Positions 52,980-62,642 of a stretch of DNA of 64,000 nucleotides are shown one piece after another. Position 1 is the first letter of the stretch; every line of letters starts with the position of its first letter. Source of the stretch: a virus; IMG/VR virus record IMGVR_UViG_3300046170_000433, positions 1-64,000 of that record; one strand, given 5' to 3'. Under the pieces are notes generated by a model that saw only the letters and a program-made list of their open reading frames with translations, had not been told where the DNA came from and searched no databases. The position numbers and the translations under genes are program-made.

Positions 52980-53122
52980 TTCTCGCTAAGCTTTTTGTAA
53001 ATGGCTATTGCCATGTAGATTGTCGTGAATGTTGCTGCAAAGCTAGCGGCAACTAAGTGGTATTCAGCTAGACCAAACGATGCCACCCAGCCGACAGTTC
53101 CGACCGTAGTGTGCTGATCCAT
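52976..53122 (-). CDS. Small hydrophobic holin-like protein, 48 aa (below the ORF-track cutoff)
   Basis: MDQHTTVGTVGWVASFGLAEYHLVAASFAATFTTIYMAIAIYKKLSEK; fills the gap with an ATGA overlap. Confidence 0.7.
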   Translation of the reverse strand: MDQHTTVGTVGWVASFGLAEYHLVAASFAATFTTIYMAIAIYKKLSEK

Positions 53123-53530
53123 TTACTTCTTACCTTTCTTAGCTTTAGGCTTTGGAGCAGGCTCTTCCTCTAATGGCTTTTCTACCTCAACAACATCTAC
53201 CTCAATTAAATCTTTTGGGTTATCCGAAGAAGATGGTTTTCCAGCTTCGCTCTTTATTTCCTCCGCATAACTTGCATTTGGGTTTTTCTCCGGCTCTTGC
53301 TTTATTGTTGCGAAGTTGCGAAATGCTATTTTCTCCCCCCCGACTTTTTTTTTGTACCAGTCCCAATCAGCTTCAGATAATTCCATAACACCAGGAACAT
53401 CTTTCAGCTCTTCAGCAACTTTATCTTCTACTTCAGCAAGACCTACCCAAGATGATCCAATGAGTACAGGTATAAAACCCTCATATCCGTTATAGTCTTT
53501 ATTAGCATTTTCAAAATGTAAATATTTCAT
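53123..53530 (-). CDS. Hypothetical protein downstream of the capsid gene
   Basis: 135-aa ORF with a Pro/Lys tail. Confidence 0.75.
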   Translation of the reverse strand: MKYLHFENANKDYNGYEGFIPVLIGSSWVGLAEVEDKVAEELKDVPGVMELSEADWDWYKKKVGGEKIAFRNFATIKQEPEKNPNASYAEEIKSEAGKPSSSDNPKDLIEVDVVEVEKPLEEEPAPKPKAKKGKK

Positions 53531-53537
53531 AATCTAT

Positions 53538-53579
53538 GTAAATAAGACGGGAGGCTCCGCATACGCAGCGCCTCCCGTC
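53538..53579 (-). terminator. Hairpin/terminator after the capsid gene
   Basis: GACGGGAGGC/GCCTCCCGTC 10-bp stem followed by TTATTT on the minus strand. Confidence 0.7.
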
Positions 53580-53616
53580 CGTTCATGAGTGATGAGATGT
53601 GGAAGGCTTAATCGAC

Positions 53617-55500
53617 TCAGAATGAGTGGGTCGTGCCACCCAATGTGAACTGTACCGAATCGGAAATGTTTTCCAAGATAAGGTGACGGTGTGGACGATC
53701 CATCATCGTAGTCCATTTTGTGGAACGAAGATTGAAGGTACGTTTCACCGAGTCCATACGGCAGCTGTAAAGACGATCAACTTCTGGATGAGGCTGTGTT
53801 CGTGTAACGCTGTTAGTGCCAGCGATTCCGATCTTAACGTCACTCCAATCAACGAGCCAAAGCATACGATGAGTTGAGGTGAACTTGGAAGCATCTCCTC
53901 CACTGAAGACATCATCGCCAGAGCGTGTGCCATCAATAAGGTACTTCTGACCAGAACCAACGTTAAGGAGGTCATCGAACATTGGGTCATGGAAGACAGC
54001 CAACTGAACTCCAACATCAGGGATGTCGTAAACGTTGTAGTTGAAGAGAATAATCCCGTTATGCTCAATCGTCTGATTGATATTAGCATTACGCTGAGTC
54101 TCCCATCCGTAACGGAGTTTGTAGTAGGAGTTGAATGCCTCGAAGATTTTGACTGCGGTCAAACGGTCGGTCATTACGTCGATCACCGAAATGGTGTCTC
54201 CGTCCTGCTCACGGTTACGCTTGAGGAAGTACAAGTCAGAGAACAAGGAATCAAGATCAAGAGCGTTTCCGCCATTGTCCTTAATACGACCACCTTCACG
54301 AAGAAGACTCTTGATACCAAGCGCGTTGGCTTTGTACTCGAGTGTGCAGTTGGTGTCTTCTGGGTCAGCAACGCCAGGTAACTGCATGTAAGTCTCAGGC
54401 TTCTGAGCATCGCTGAGTGCTTGGTTGTACCATACAGCACGATTCCATTGATCTTGGGAAACCTTGGAAGCAATTTTGTTTTGCTCAGCCAATGGTTGGT
54501 AGACCATGGAAGAAAGATAAGGATTAACCTTGCCAGACATGATTTGCTCAAGAGTTTTCTTGTAGCTATCGTTGACCTCACGAGATTCACGAGTGGTTTG
54601 CAACCAGTTGACAAGTAAGCGAACGCTCATGTCGGTTGGTTGATTTCTGCACCATGACTCATAGTCGTTGATGTTGTTGGCAATGGTTTGAAGAATACCT
54701 GCGGTAGGTGCGAATTTAGCTTGCTCAGGCGCCGGAAGCGTAGAGAAACTAGCACTTGCTGGAACTTCTTTACCAGTTGGGCGAAGAATAACTTCAGCTT
54801 TAGCAATTGTTCCCGTGTTGCCAGAGTTAGCACCATCAGCGTTGGTAGCACCAACGATCATGAACTGAACCTCTACAACTGCTCCTCCACTTGTCCAGTG
54901 GTTAACAATAACATATCCACCAGGAAGGAAGTAACGTTCGATGTTGCCAATAGGAGTTACCCAATCAGAGCCACCCAAATTAACGGTTATTTTATAATCA
55001 CCAGCTTTATTAGTGTAAGAAGGATCATAGGCATCAGAACCTGAAGCACTTGAACCGCCCTCAATGGCAAAATAGTTTGCATTGATAACAGAGCGTTGTC
55101 TGCGCTGAATGTATGGCAAGATGATTGATTGCTCAGCAATATTTTGCTTATTGATCAATGGCTTGATGTTCTGCACGGAAGAAGTAAGAAGAGTGGTAAG
55201 TCCACGTTCTTCAACCCCAAGGGTTTTGGCTTCAGCAGCAGATGCAATAACTCTTGCTAGGTCGATTTCCTTGTTACCAAGTGCTTCGAACTCACCAGGT
55301 GTTAAACCTTTGATGTGTGCCTTAGTTAAGGTGCAGCCCGTAGAGCTATCGACTTTAATAATACGAGGTAGGGCGTCATAACCCGAACCTTGTGATCCAG
55401 GAATTAAGGAACTTGGCGAAGACGCAGTAGGTTGCGCCATTGCTGTGTTCTGATACCCAGAAGTAGTAAATTGTCCTGAATTTGATATTTCGTTTGCCAT
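53617..55500 (-). CDS. Major capsid protein (putative)
   Basis: Follows the scaffold gene; biased codon usage; NWLQTTRES and C-terminal HLILENI patterns; followed by a terminator. Confidence 0.75.
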   Translation of the reverse strand: MANEISNSGQFTTSGYQNTAMAQPTASSPSSLIPGSQGSGYDALPRIIKVDSSTGCTLTKAHIKGLTPGEFEALGNKEIDLARVIASAAEAKTLGVEERGLTTLLTSSVQNIKPLINKQNIAEQSIILPYIQRRQRSVINANYFAIEGGSSASGSDAYDPSYTNKAGDYKITVNLGGSDWVTPIGNIERYFLPGGYVIVNHWTSGGAVVEVQFMIVGATNADGANSGNTGTIAKAEVILRPTGKEVPASASFSTLPAPEQAKFAPTAGILQTIANNINDYESWCRNQPTDMSVRLLVNWLQTTRESREVNDSYKKTLEQIMSGKVNPYLSSMVYQPLAEQNKIASKVSQDQWNRAVWYNQALSDAQKPETYMQLPGVADPEDTNCTLEYKANALGIKSLLREGGRIKDNGGNALDLDSLFSDLYFLKRNREQDGDTISVIDVMTDRLTAVKIFEAFNSYYKLRYGWETQRNANINQTIEHNGIILFNYNVYDIPDVGVQLAVFHDPMFDDLLNVGSGQKYLIDGTRSGDDVFSGGDASKFTSTHRMLWLVDWSDVKIGIAGTNSVTRTQPHPEVDRLYSCRMDSVKRTFNLRSTKWTTMMDRPHRHLILENISDSVQFTLGGTTHSF

Positions 55501-55508
55501 AATAATTT

Positions 55509-55530
55509 GTAACTTAGTTAATTTGGTTAC
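55509..55530. promoter_or_regulatory. 22-bp palindromic motif
   Basis: GTAACTTA-GTTAAT-TTGGTTAC, 8 nt before the capsid ATG 55500. Confidence 0.8.
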
Positions 55531-55640
55531 AAACAGAATAGCGTCTTACATATCAAAATTCTATAAACGCTGATTTTACCCCTAATTTAATGGGGGTGTA
55601 TCTAGAATAGCTTTCTTAATTGAAAGCCAAAAGATGCATT

Positions 55641-56948
55641 TTATAATCCCAAGAGGGACAAAACCTTGTTCTCTCCTTGATCTGAATTACCTGTTTCCAT
55701 GGATGGCCCAGGTCTTGGAGATGGGTTCATTCTTTTTGCAGATTGTTCTACTTGAGGAGTTTGCGTATTTTGCACTGGAGCTGACTTCCTTACAAAACCA
55801 GATGACTGAAGCTCTTCCAAGCTCTTGGCTATCTGCTTACTCATGGAGTCACCTGCACGTTTAGCGAGAAGTTGCATCACATCTGAATCTGAAAAGGTAT
55901 AGTATTTATTTCGGTCTGATTCAGGAACATGAGGGTATCTTTCTCTTCGCACAAAAGTTTTTCCTCCTCTTTTCGTTTTACCAGATTGTATGAATGCTTC
56001 TTGCTCTTGATTGATCCAGTTAGACAATCGTATATGAACTGGATTCTTTTCGTCAAAATCAACAATGTCAGAAGCAATACCATGGAAAGCTTCAATCATT
56101 TTATTTGCATCCCCAAGAACACGATCAACTATCTTAGCTTCTAACCCATGAGTCTTAGTAAACTGAGGATTTTTCCTAAACTGCTCCATAATCTCTGCTG
56201 GCACAGCTTTAGCAACTAGCTTCTTCGATTCCTCTATAGCTTTCTTAGCTACAGGCTCTGCGCGCATACGATGCAACTCTCTTTGCTGTTTCTGTATTTC
56301 GGGAGTTAGCTTTTGCAAAGCATTCTCTTCTGCCTGCTTTTGTATTTTAGCTTCCTTAACTTGGTTAGCATTAAACTGAACTTTGTTTTGAGCTAAAAAC
56401 CTTTTGTAATCTTCATCCTCTTGAAAATCTAAATCAGGATCCTCTTGGATTCTTTTCTCAAGGTAGTTTTTGTGATTCCTAAAGAACTGTAAGTACTCGG
56501 CATCTTTACCCTTAAAGCCATCAACATTTGAACTAGCCCACTTAGCTAACTCATATCTCTCTTTTTCAGCATCATTTAAAGCACTTGTGTCTACATTAGT
56601 AGATCGTGGCTTTGGTGGTATTTTTGTTTGTGGCTTAAAGTCAGGATCTATAATTTTTTTCTTACGAGCTACTCTTTTCTTAGGAGCTTCTTTTACCTCC
56701 TCAGTAGCTTGTGGCTCTTCGGTAGCTTCCTCTTCTTGCTGTGGCTCATTCTCACCCACCTCTATATCATGCAATGCACTCTGCAAGCTACTGGGTGGAG
56801 TAAACTCTTCTTCCTCTTCCCCCTCCTCAGGCTCTTCCTTTTCAACGGCTTTAAATAAAGCATTAAAAATTGGATTAGAGGAATCTTCCTCCTCTACTTC
56901 CGGCGTTTCCTCTACATTCTCGTTTTCTTTAACTTCTTCTTCGCTCAT
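55641..56948 (-). CDS. Capsid scaffolding protein (putative)
   Basis: Acidic N-terminus, helical, between portal and capsid genes. Confidence 0.7.
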   Translation of the reverse strand: MSEEEVKENENVEETPEVEEEDSSNPIFNALFKAVEKEEPEEGEEEEEFTPPSSLQSALHDIEVGENEPQQEEEATEEPQATEEVKEAPKKRVARKKKIIDPDFKPQTKIPPKPRSTNVDTSALNDAEKERYELAKWASSNVDGFKGKDAEYLQFFRNHKNYLEKRIQEDPDLDFQEDEDYKRFLAQNKVQFNANQVKEAKIQKQAEENALQKLTPEIQKQQRELHRMRAEPVAKKAIEESKKLVAKAVPAEIMEQFRKNPQFTKTHGLEAKIVDRVLGDANKMIEAFHGIASDIVDFDEKNPVHIRLSNWINQEQEAFIQSGKTKRGGKTFVRRERYPHVPESDRNKYYTFSDSDVMQLLAKRAGDSMSKQIAKSLEELQSSGFVRKSAPVQNTQTPQVEQSAKRMNPSPRPGPSMETGNSDQGENKVLSLLGL

Positions 56949-56951
56949 AAA

Positions 56952-59250
56952 TTATTGTGGTATCGGCTGTCCTTGCGGTGGAGGCGCACCTGCTGCTTGT
57001 GCAGCTTGCCCTGGGGGTAATGCTTGTTGTGGTGCTTCTCCTCCCCCAGGTAGTTGTGGTTGCCCACCTTGTTGACCACCTTGCATTTGTTGCATGATCA
57101 TTTGGAGCATCTGTTCAAACTGTGGAATCTTCTCCTTCAATCCAGCAATGAACTGCTCGTCTTCCATAGATAAGTCTTCAGCCTCATCTTGTTCGTCCAT
57201 CTGCAAATTAAGATCATAACCTGCTCCTGACATACGGAAGATTTCGTTAAGTATACCAAATATCCTTTCCTTCCCTAAAGCTTGGGCTATTTCTTTCATG
57301 CCCAATACTTGTGAAAAGAGTTGTGTTAAGGTTTGCGCCGCCTGTGTGTCCCTTGACCTTTCTGATCCATCTCTTCCCGAGAATAAGTACTCGTGGATTA
57401 AGTTCCTTGGGCTTCCAATAATATTCCTACCCTTTGGATTCTCATCCTGATCACCAGTGTCTTCTATCTCTAGTCCAGCATCGGTAATTGTTTTAAGGGA
57501 GAACCTTTGTTTCACAGGGACATTAAATTCTGTAGTGCTACAGCATACGAGATGCTCGTAGATCATCTTCTTGGCTGCAGCGCGCATCTCATCGATACCT
57601 TCTGAGATAAAAGCATAAATTGTATTAGTCGTGTTAGCTATCTCACTAACCTCGGTTGCAGATATTTCTCTTTGTGCAGCTTGCCCTAACTCTTGTGGAG
57701 AAAGTATCATTAACTTCTCAACTAAGTTAAGTAATTGGAATAAGGAATTAAGTGACATACTAATGCCCTGAGCTAATTCCCTAGATACATCTACTACATT
57801 GATTATGTTTTTTGTATCAATTCCTAAGTCTGCAGCTTTAGCTCCTGAGTAGAACATAGCTTTTGGTTTCTGATAGAAATTATCTTCTGCCAAGGATGCC
57901 TGTAAGTATTCCTTCACATCTTCATCTAATGCATCCTGATCAATTGTCAGAATCTTAAACATAGATATTTTCATGTGATGAAGCATCGCATAAACGATGT
58001 TATTCATTTGATCCTGATAAGGCATTAAGTCATGAGCGAACGAGCAGTTAGCCATACGATCATCATTCTGATTTATACCACCATATATGGCAGGTATGGA
58101 AGGCATCCACTCGCCATAGATAATTGTCTCATCAGATGCCACAACTAGTTTTAACCAGCAATCAAAAGGGTAATCCCCTAGCCCTTCGGCTTTAGGATTC
58201 AACTTCATGTAGATGGTAGATACGAACATTGCTTTGTCCTCATCCTCACCTGCATAGATTCCCTTGTTAGAAGTTCTGTCGTTGCCGAACGGAAACCAAT
58301 CAGTCTTCTTAGGAAATGCTAATACCGATCCATCAAAATAGTAATCGAAGAAGTCTTTGTATGCATTAACCAAACCATGTAATGAATTGGTGTACTCAAC
58401 TTCTCCAAGATTCCAATACCCAGGATTCTCACGTACATCTGAATATCGGACAATATCCCAATACCCTAACCAATTCGGCCCGAGATTTGTATTCACTGCA
58501 GCTAACGGAGCAGAGTTGTCCCAGAATGTTCTAGTGGGATGTGGACTAATAAAATGTATACCTTCTTTCTCCACAAATGACTCCATGCCGTCAGGGGATT
58601 CCCTCCAGTGGACTTCTCTAGTCCATGGCTCAGATGGGAACATGAGAGAGTATCCATACATAAACATATGCCGGATAGACTGCTCAAACTGATGTCTGTA
58701 TCCGAACTGCTCAGCCATCATTTCAACACGTTGTGACAATACTTCTGCCCTAATCTTAGAAGGAATGTCAGTACCTCTTGCCTCATACTTAAAGTATGGA
58801 AAGAGATTAGAAAACCTAGAGGTCTGTGCCGCAACTCTTCGAGTTACATAAGAACGTATTAAAGATACTGAAACCTCATACAAACGCATAAGGTTAATAT
58901 CTTTGATATCACCCTCATCATCATACTCTACGAACTTATCTTTCAGCTCAGGATCTATACCCTCTAGCTTTTGCTCACATTGTTGGATATTGATTTTTCC
59001 TTGAGCATATTGAAGCAAGGGAATCGTAAACTTATTTATTGGTAGGCTGTCCCAAGCCAAGTCCACCGAGAGATACAAGGAGTGATTCTTGCATGAGTGA
59101 TATATTCCCCTCGTGGACTCGACTTCGGACTAAATCTGTTAAGCGTTCCTTAATCTTCCAATTCTTGGAATCGCTTTTCTTACAACAAAATACTTCTCTA
59201 AGTCTCGCTTGGGTCGTTCCCGTCTTCTCTAGTATGTCTGGATGAACCAT
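56952..59250 (-). CDS. Portal protein (putative), frameshifted near 59090
   Basis: ISATEV motif, Gln/Pro-rich tail, position after terminase; N-terminus in ORF 59032-59250. Confidence 0.8.
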
Positions 59251-59560
59251 AAAAATCGAATAAGTTAGGGACGGAATCTGTTACGAAGTCTCCCATATAT
59301 GTCTGTTCTAAGACGGTTAATAAAAGTGCGCAGGGTCCTGATATGCTTCCACGGAGATAACATGCCTTGAAGGCAGACATAGTAGTGTTTAATAAGGCAA
59401 CTAACTCTTTCTCTGACATTCTTAGATAGCCCAATAATCTTTGTACTCGATTCCTGTCCCATATGTCGTTAACTCCGACGTGCCTGTAGTGATTTGTTAT
59501 TAGAAGGGAAGCTGGAGAATAATCATTCTTCCTCAGCTTCTTCCTCTTCGTACTCCTCAT
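59198..59560 (-). CDS. Putative HTH DNA-binding protein
   Basis: LRMSEKELVALLNTT...GSISGP resembles an XRE-like helix-turn-helix. Confidence 0.5.
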   Translation of the reverse strand: MRSTKRKKLRKNDYSPASLLITNHYRHVGVNDIWDRNRVQRLLGYLRMSEKELVALLNTTMSAFKACYLRGSISGPCALLLTVLEQTYMGDFVTDSVPNLFDFYGSSRHTREDGNDPSET

Positions 59561-59792
59561 CTTCGTCTCCATCTTCATCTTCCTCATAATCCTCGTCCTC
59601 TTCGAAGTCACCTGCCTCTTCCTCGACATTAACATCATCATGAACCATGTCTACGGTTGCACTTAATCGTTCATCATCAAGTTCAGAAACAGTTACCTCT
59701 ATAGTAAGTTTTATCTTATCCCCTGCGTTGATGCCTTCAAAAAGCTCGGCAACCTCTTCATCGCCCAGCGAGAGTTGTAACAAGTCTTGCAT
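59523..59792 (-). CDS. Small, highly acidic protein
   Basis: Start MQDLL at 59792; long D/E tail. Confidence 0.7.
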   Translation of the reverse strand: MQDLLQLSLGDEEVAELFEGINAGDKIKLTIEVTVSELDDERLSATVDMVHDDVNVEEEAGDFEEDEDYEEDEDGDEDEEYEEEEAEEE

Positions 59793-59801
59793 AATACTTT
59801 T

Positions 59802-59823
59802 GTAACCCAAAAGATTAGGTTAC
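59802..59823. promoter_or_regulatory. 22-bp palindromic motif
   Basis: GTAACCCA-AAAGAT-TAGGTTAC, 9 nt before minus-strand ATG 59792. Confidence 0.85.
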
Positions 59824-61362
59824 TCAAGCATTTATTTCAATAATGCTAGCAGTCTTAACGTTGGCATACGGTGTACCTGACTTTACATCGTAATACATAA
59901 TAGGATAAGTAAGAGCATCGAATGCATGAATATAAACACTCCTCTTTGGTTTAAGACCTAAATTTGGGTCATATTTGCCATCTTTTTGCTTTTCAGAGGA
60001 AAGATGCCTAATGCTCTTCAAGACATCAGTACACTGGGCAGATACTATAATTTCTTCCTGTACTAGCTTTGCAATCATCAACCTCACCCTACCCTCAACT
60101 GAGCCTTGAAACTTTGGTGCAGCTTTCATACGAATAGGCTCTAGATCAAAATGATCGCACTTTTGCTTGGATATCTCCTCAAAGTCTCTGACATCATAGG
60201 ATCCTGTCTTTGCCCTATATTGATTGAACGCACTATTATCTGAGATATGTACAAATTTTAGCTTTTGGCCGACATGATCATTCCAATACTTCATCTTTCG
60301 ATAGATCAAAGGAATTAAAGTAGTATAAGGAACTTTCTTATTTATTGTTACTAGTTCATCGAATACCGTCCATACCGACTTCTCTTTGCCTATGAGGCAT
60401 TGCAAAAAGATCATAGCATTATTTACTGCCCCTGGGTCATATCCAATAATGACTGGGAAGTCTGGATTGGGAACTATACCTCTTTTGGCGTCCCCGACCA
60501 CATGAAGAGGTTTTGAGAAGTACGGAGCTAATATAGCGTCGCCCGATGGTCTATCTACCCACTCCCCCTCGAGCATTCGTTTTGCTTCAATGGGGTCATT
60601 GGAGACAGCCTCCATCACTCTGTCATAATATCCTTCAGGTAAGTTATCTACATTCTCGGCAATCCTTACATGCACTACATGATAATCTTTATTGTAATTA
60701 CCATCTTCATCTAGGGGATTTTCGAAAAATCTTTTATACACCCAGTGGGATGGCCCACTCGGATTGCAAGCAGCGCAATATTGCTGACAGCCCTCGATTC
60801 CCTGCCTTCTACCTAACTGCTGAACTATTGCCTCGAAGTAAGCTGGAGACTCCAAGTTCGTCAGCTCATCTACAAATACATAGCTTGGTTCAAATCCCTT
60901 TATTCGGTCAGACAATATATTTCCAAACGGAGCAGACATGAGGCTGATCCTAGACCAACCACCATATCGGTTTTGCACATCAATATACGGAGCTTTCTGT
61001 AAGTCCATTTTCTCATCCGTATGCTCAAGACCAAGACCTTCTTTCCACTCGGGTAATATCTCGGTCTGCAATTTGTGCCAAACACCACCTTGAGTTGCTT
61101 GTGACTTAATTCCCACAACAATCAAACAAAGTGCGTTAAAATTCTCATAAGCATGACGAACAAGTTTATGTCCACCCAACACAAAAGTCTTACCCGATGC
61201 CCTTTCCCCATAGGCTAGAATGTATTTAGAAGTACTCTCGAATAGTTCCTGCTGGCTACCCGATAGACTCGGTGACCAAGGTTCTACATCTACATCTACC
61301 TCTTCTTCTTCATCGAATGCATCGATGAAAGCTTTTGGATCAATCTTCTTTAGCCTCGGCAT
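59824..61362 (-). CDS. terL: Terminase large subunit
   Basis: Walker A GERASGKT, Walker B YVFVDE, CNP..PSHWVYKRF, nuclease motifs GYDPG and HAFDALTY. Confidence 0.93.
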   Translation of the reverse strand: MPRLKKIDPKAFIDAFDEEEEVDVDVEPWSPSLSGSQQELFESTSKYILAYGERASGKTFVLGGHKLVRHAYENFNALCLIVVGIKSQATQGGVWHKLQTEILPEWKEGLGLEHTDEKMDLQKAPYIDVQNRYGGWSRISLMSAPFGNILSDRIKGFEPSYVFVDELTNLESPAYFEAIVQQLGRRQGIEGCQQYCAACNPSGPSHWVYKRFFENPLDEDGNYNKDYHVVHVRIAENVDNLPEGYYDRVMEAVSNDPIEAKRMLEGEWVDRPSGDAILAPYFSKPLHVVGDAKRGIVPNPDFPVIIGYDPGAVNNAMIFLQCLIGKEKSVWTVFDELVTINKKVPYTTLIPLIYRKMKYWNDHVGQKLKFVHISDNSAFNQYRAKTGSYDVRDFEEISKQKCDHFDLEPIRMKAAPKFQGSVEGRVRLMIAKLVQEEIIVSAQCTDVLKSIRHLSSEKQKDGKYDPNLGLKPKRSVYIHAFDALTYPIMYYDVKSGTPYANVKTASIIEINA

Positions 61363-62008
61363 TTGACATCTCCTTGAGCGGTCGGAAGCCAGGCTTCCTC
61401 TTGTCTTGCTTCTTATCTTTATCACTCATCTTGATCATCAAATCTAGCCCATGCAGTAACCTATCGTAGAACTTACCTTGTTGCTCGGTTGCTTGGAGAA
61501 ATAACTTTGTCTTAAGTATTTCCTCCTCAGGATCCAACGAGCCTCCTGATATATCGTCTCTCAACTTCTCTCCAACCTCAAACAGAGCCATGTTTTGACG
61601 AATTGCTATCTTTTGAGTTACCTCTAAGGCATTGGACATTAAACGTCCTATACCACCTTTCAGGTTATCAAATACTTTTAGTTTCTCAATATTGGCAGGG
61701 TTTTTTAGCATTCCCTCAATATCGTTCATGAAAACTTCTTTTCCGTTGGCTTTTAATGCACCAAGAAATTCTTTGTGGCTTGGAGCTTCCGGCGGTTCCG
61801 ACCTAGCCATCAGTTCAACTTCAGTTGGCGCGTGACCTTGTTCGCCAGCTACTTGCCATAATGCTTTAAGCTTCGGATCACGCCTAACTTTCTCACGCAA
61901 ATTATGCTCTGCAATACCTAATTCCTCTGCAGCTGTTCCGTAGTTACCATCATGCTTGCGCATGAGAGTGGCTAACTCATCAGTACTATACTTTCGACGT
62001 CGCGGCAT
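61340..62008 (-). CDS. Terminase small subunit (putative)
   Basis: N-terminal HTH (GNYGTAAEELGI), directly upstream of terL. Confidence 0.6.
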   Translation of the reverse strand: MPRRRKYSTDELATLMRKHDGNYGTAAEELGIAEHNLREKVRRDPKLKALWQVAGEQGHAPTEVELMARSEPPEAPSHKEFLGALKANGKEVFMNDIEGMLKNPANIEKLKVFDNLKGGIGRLMSNALEVTQKIAIRQNMALFEVGEKLRDDISGGSLDPEEEILKTKLFLQATEQQGKFYDRLLHGLDLMIKMSDKDKKQDKRKPGFRPLKEMSNAEAKED

Positions 62009-62381
62009 TTCTAAAAAATGACATTAACATTGGCTTGTATTTCTTCACCCAATCAGGGCTAGACCTAAGATAAGCAAAGCTACCGTTTGAGGCTAATGCA
62101 TATGCTGAATTTCTTACCTGCCAATCAAACAGATCAAAGTTACATCCCTGACAGAACCTTTTAGCTTCACCAACTTCAATATCATCCCAGTTGTGCCGTT
62201 CGCTAAGTAATTTAACCTTATCAATATCTAGCTCAGAGTTTATAGCTATTTCCTCATCAGAAAGCACTCTTACCGCACTGGTCTTTCCATTCTCATTTAG
62301 AATCCTTTCCCTAGCCAAAAGCCTAACGAATATAGGCGGAAACTCATCAAATACTGCCCAACCTTTACGAATCTTCCTCAT
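61986..62381 (-). CDS. Hypothetical protein, possible HTH
   Basis: LSDEEIAINSELDIDKVKLL segment. Confidence 0.65.
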   Translation of the reverse strand: MRKIRKGWAVFDEFPPIFVRLLARERILNENGKTSAVRVLSDEEIAINSELDIDKVKLLSERHNWDDIEVGEAKRFCQGCNFDLFDWQVRNSAYALASNGSFAYLRSSPDWVKKYKPMLMSFFRNAATSKV

Positions 62382-62580
62382 TACTTTTCTCCACTAATCT
62401 ACATATTTTTGCATGAATAGGCTTGAGTTTCTTATATTCTCCTGATGGGTCTTTCATGTCACCCAAGCAACCTATCGAACTAATTTCACCAGTATCAGCT
62501 TTAAAACCCACTAATAAAAATGTTGAGTAGTACTCCTTCAGCATCGGCTCAACGTTATTTAAAATCTCTTCATCCTTCAC
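62365..62580 (-). CDS. Hypothetical protein
   Basis: First ORF of the late block, GTG start. Confidence 0.6.
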   Translation of the reverse strand: MKDEEILNNVEPMLKEYYSTFLLVGFKADTGEISSIGCLGDMKDPSGEYKKLKPIHAKICRLVEKSNEEDS

Positions 62581-62593
62581 GACTTTTAACTAT

Positions 62594-62612
62594 GAATCAC
62601 TCTCTGTGATTC
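62594..62612. promoter_or_regulatory. Inverted repeat in the divergent intergenic region
   Basis: GAATCAC-TCTCT-GTGATTC. Confidence 0.5.
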
Positions 62613-62619
62613 TTCAAGT

Positions 62620-62641
62620 GTAAACATAAATATTAGGTAAC
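62620..62641. promoter_or_regulatory. 22-bp palindromic motif (variant)
   Basis: GTAAACAT-AAATAT-TAGGTAAC, 1 nt before integrase ATG 62643. Confidence 0.65.
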
Positions 62642-62642
62642 A

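Noticed and set aside
16936-53122. Endolysin gene
   Set aside because: Holin-like ORFs are present but I recognised no lysozyme, amidase or peptidase endolysin; it may lie outside the window
18518-59250. Programmed frameshifts or pseudogenes in portal, tail, giant protein and nuclease genes
   Set aside because: There are many breaks, including in essential genes and at homopolymers (e.g. the C-run near 41255), clustered in noisy stretches (30900-33400, 35700-36800, 41200-41800); sequencing indels are more likely. Raw reads would settle it
19038-61835. Numerous short + strand ORFs antisense to late genes
   Set aside because: They are shadow frames of the long minus-strand genes, Ser/Leu-rich and without motifs, unlike the same-strand methyltransferase overlap
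38-62641. CRISPR array made of the GTAACC repeats
   Set aside because: Copies are dispersed, degenerate and tied to gene starts, with no regular spacers and no cas genes
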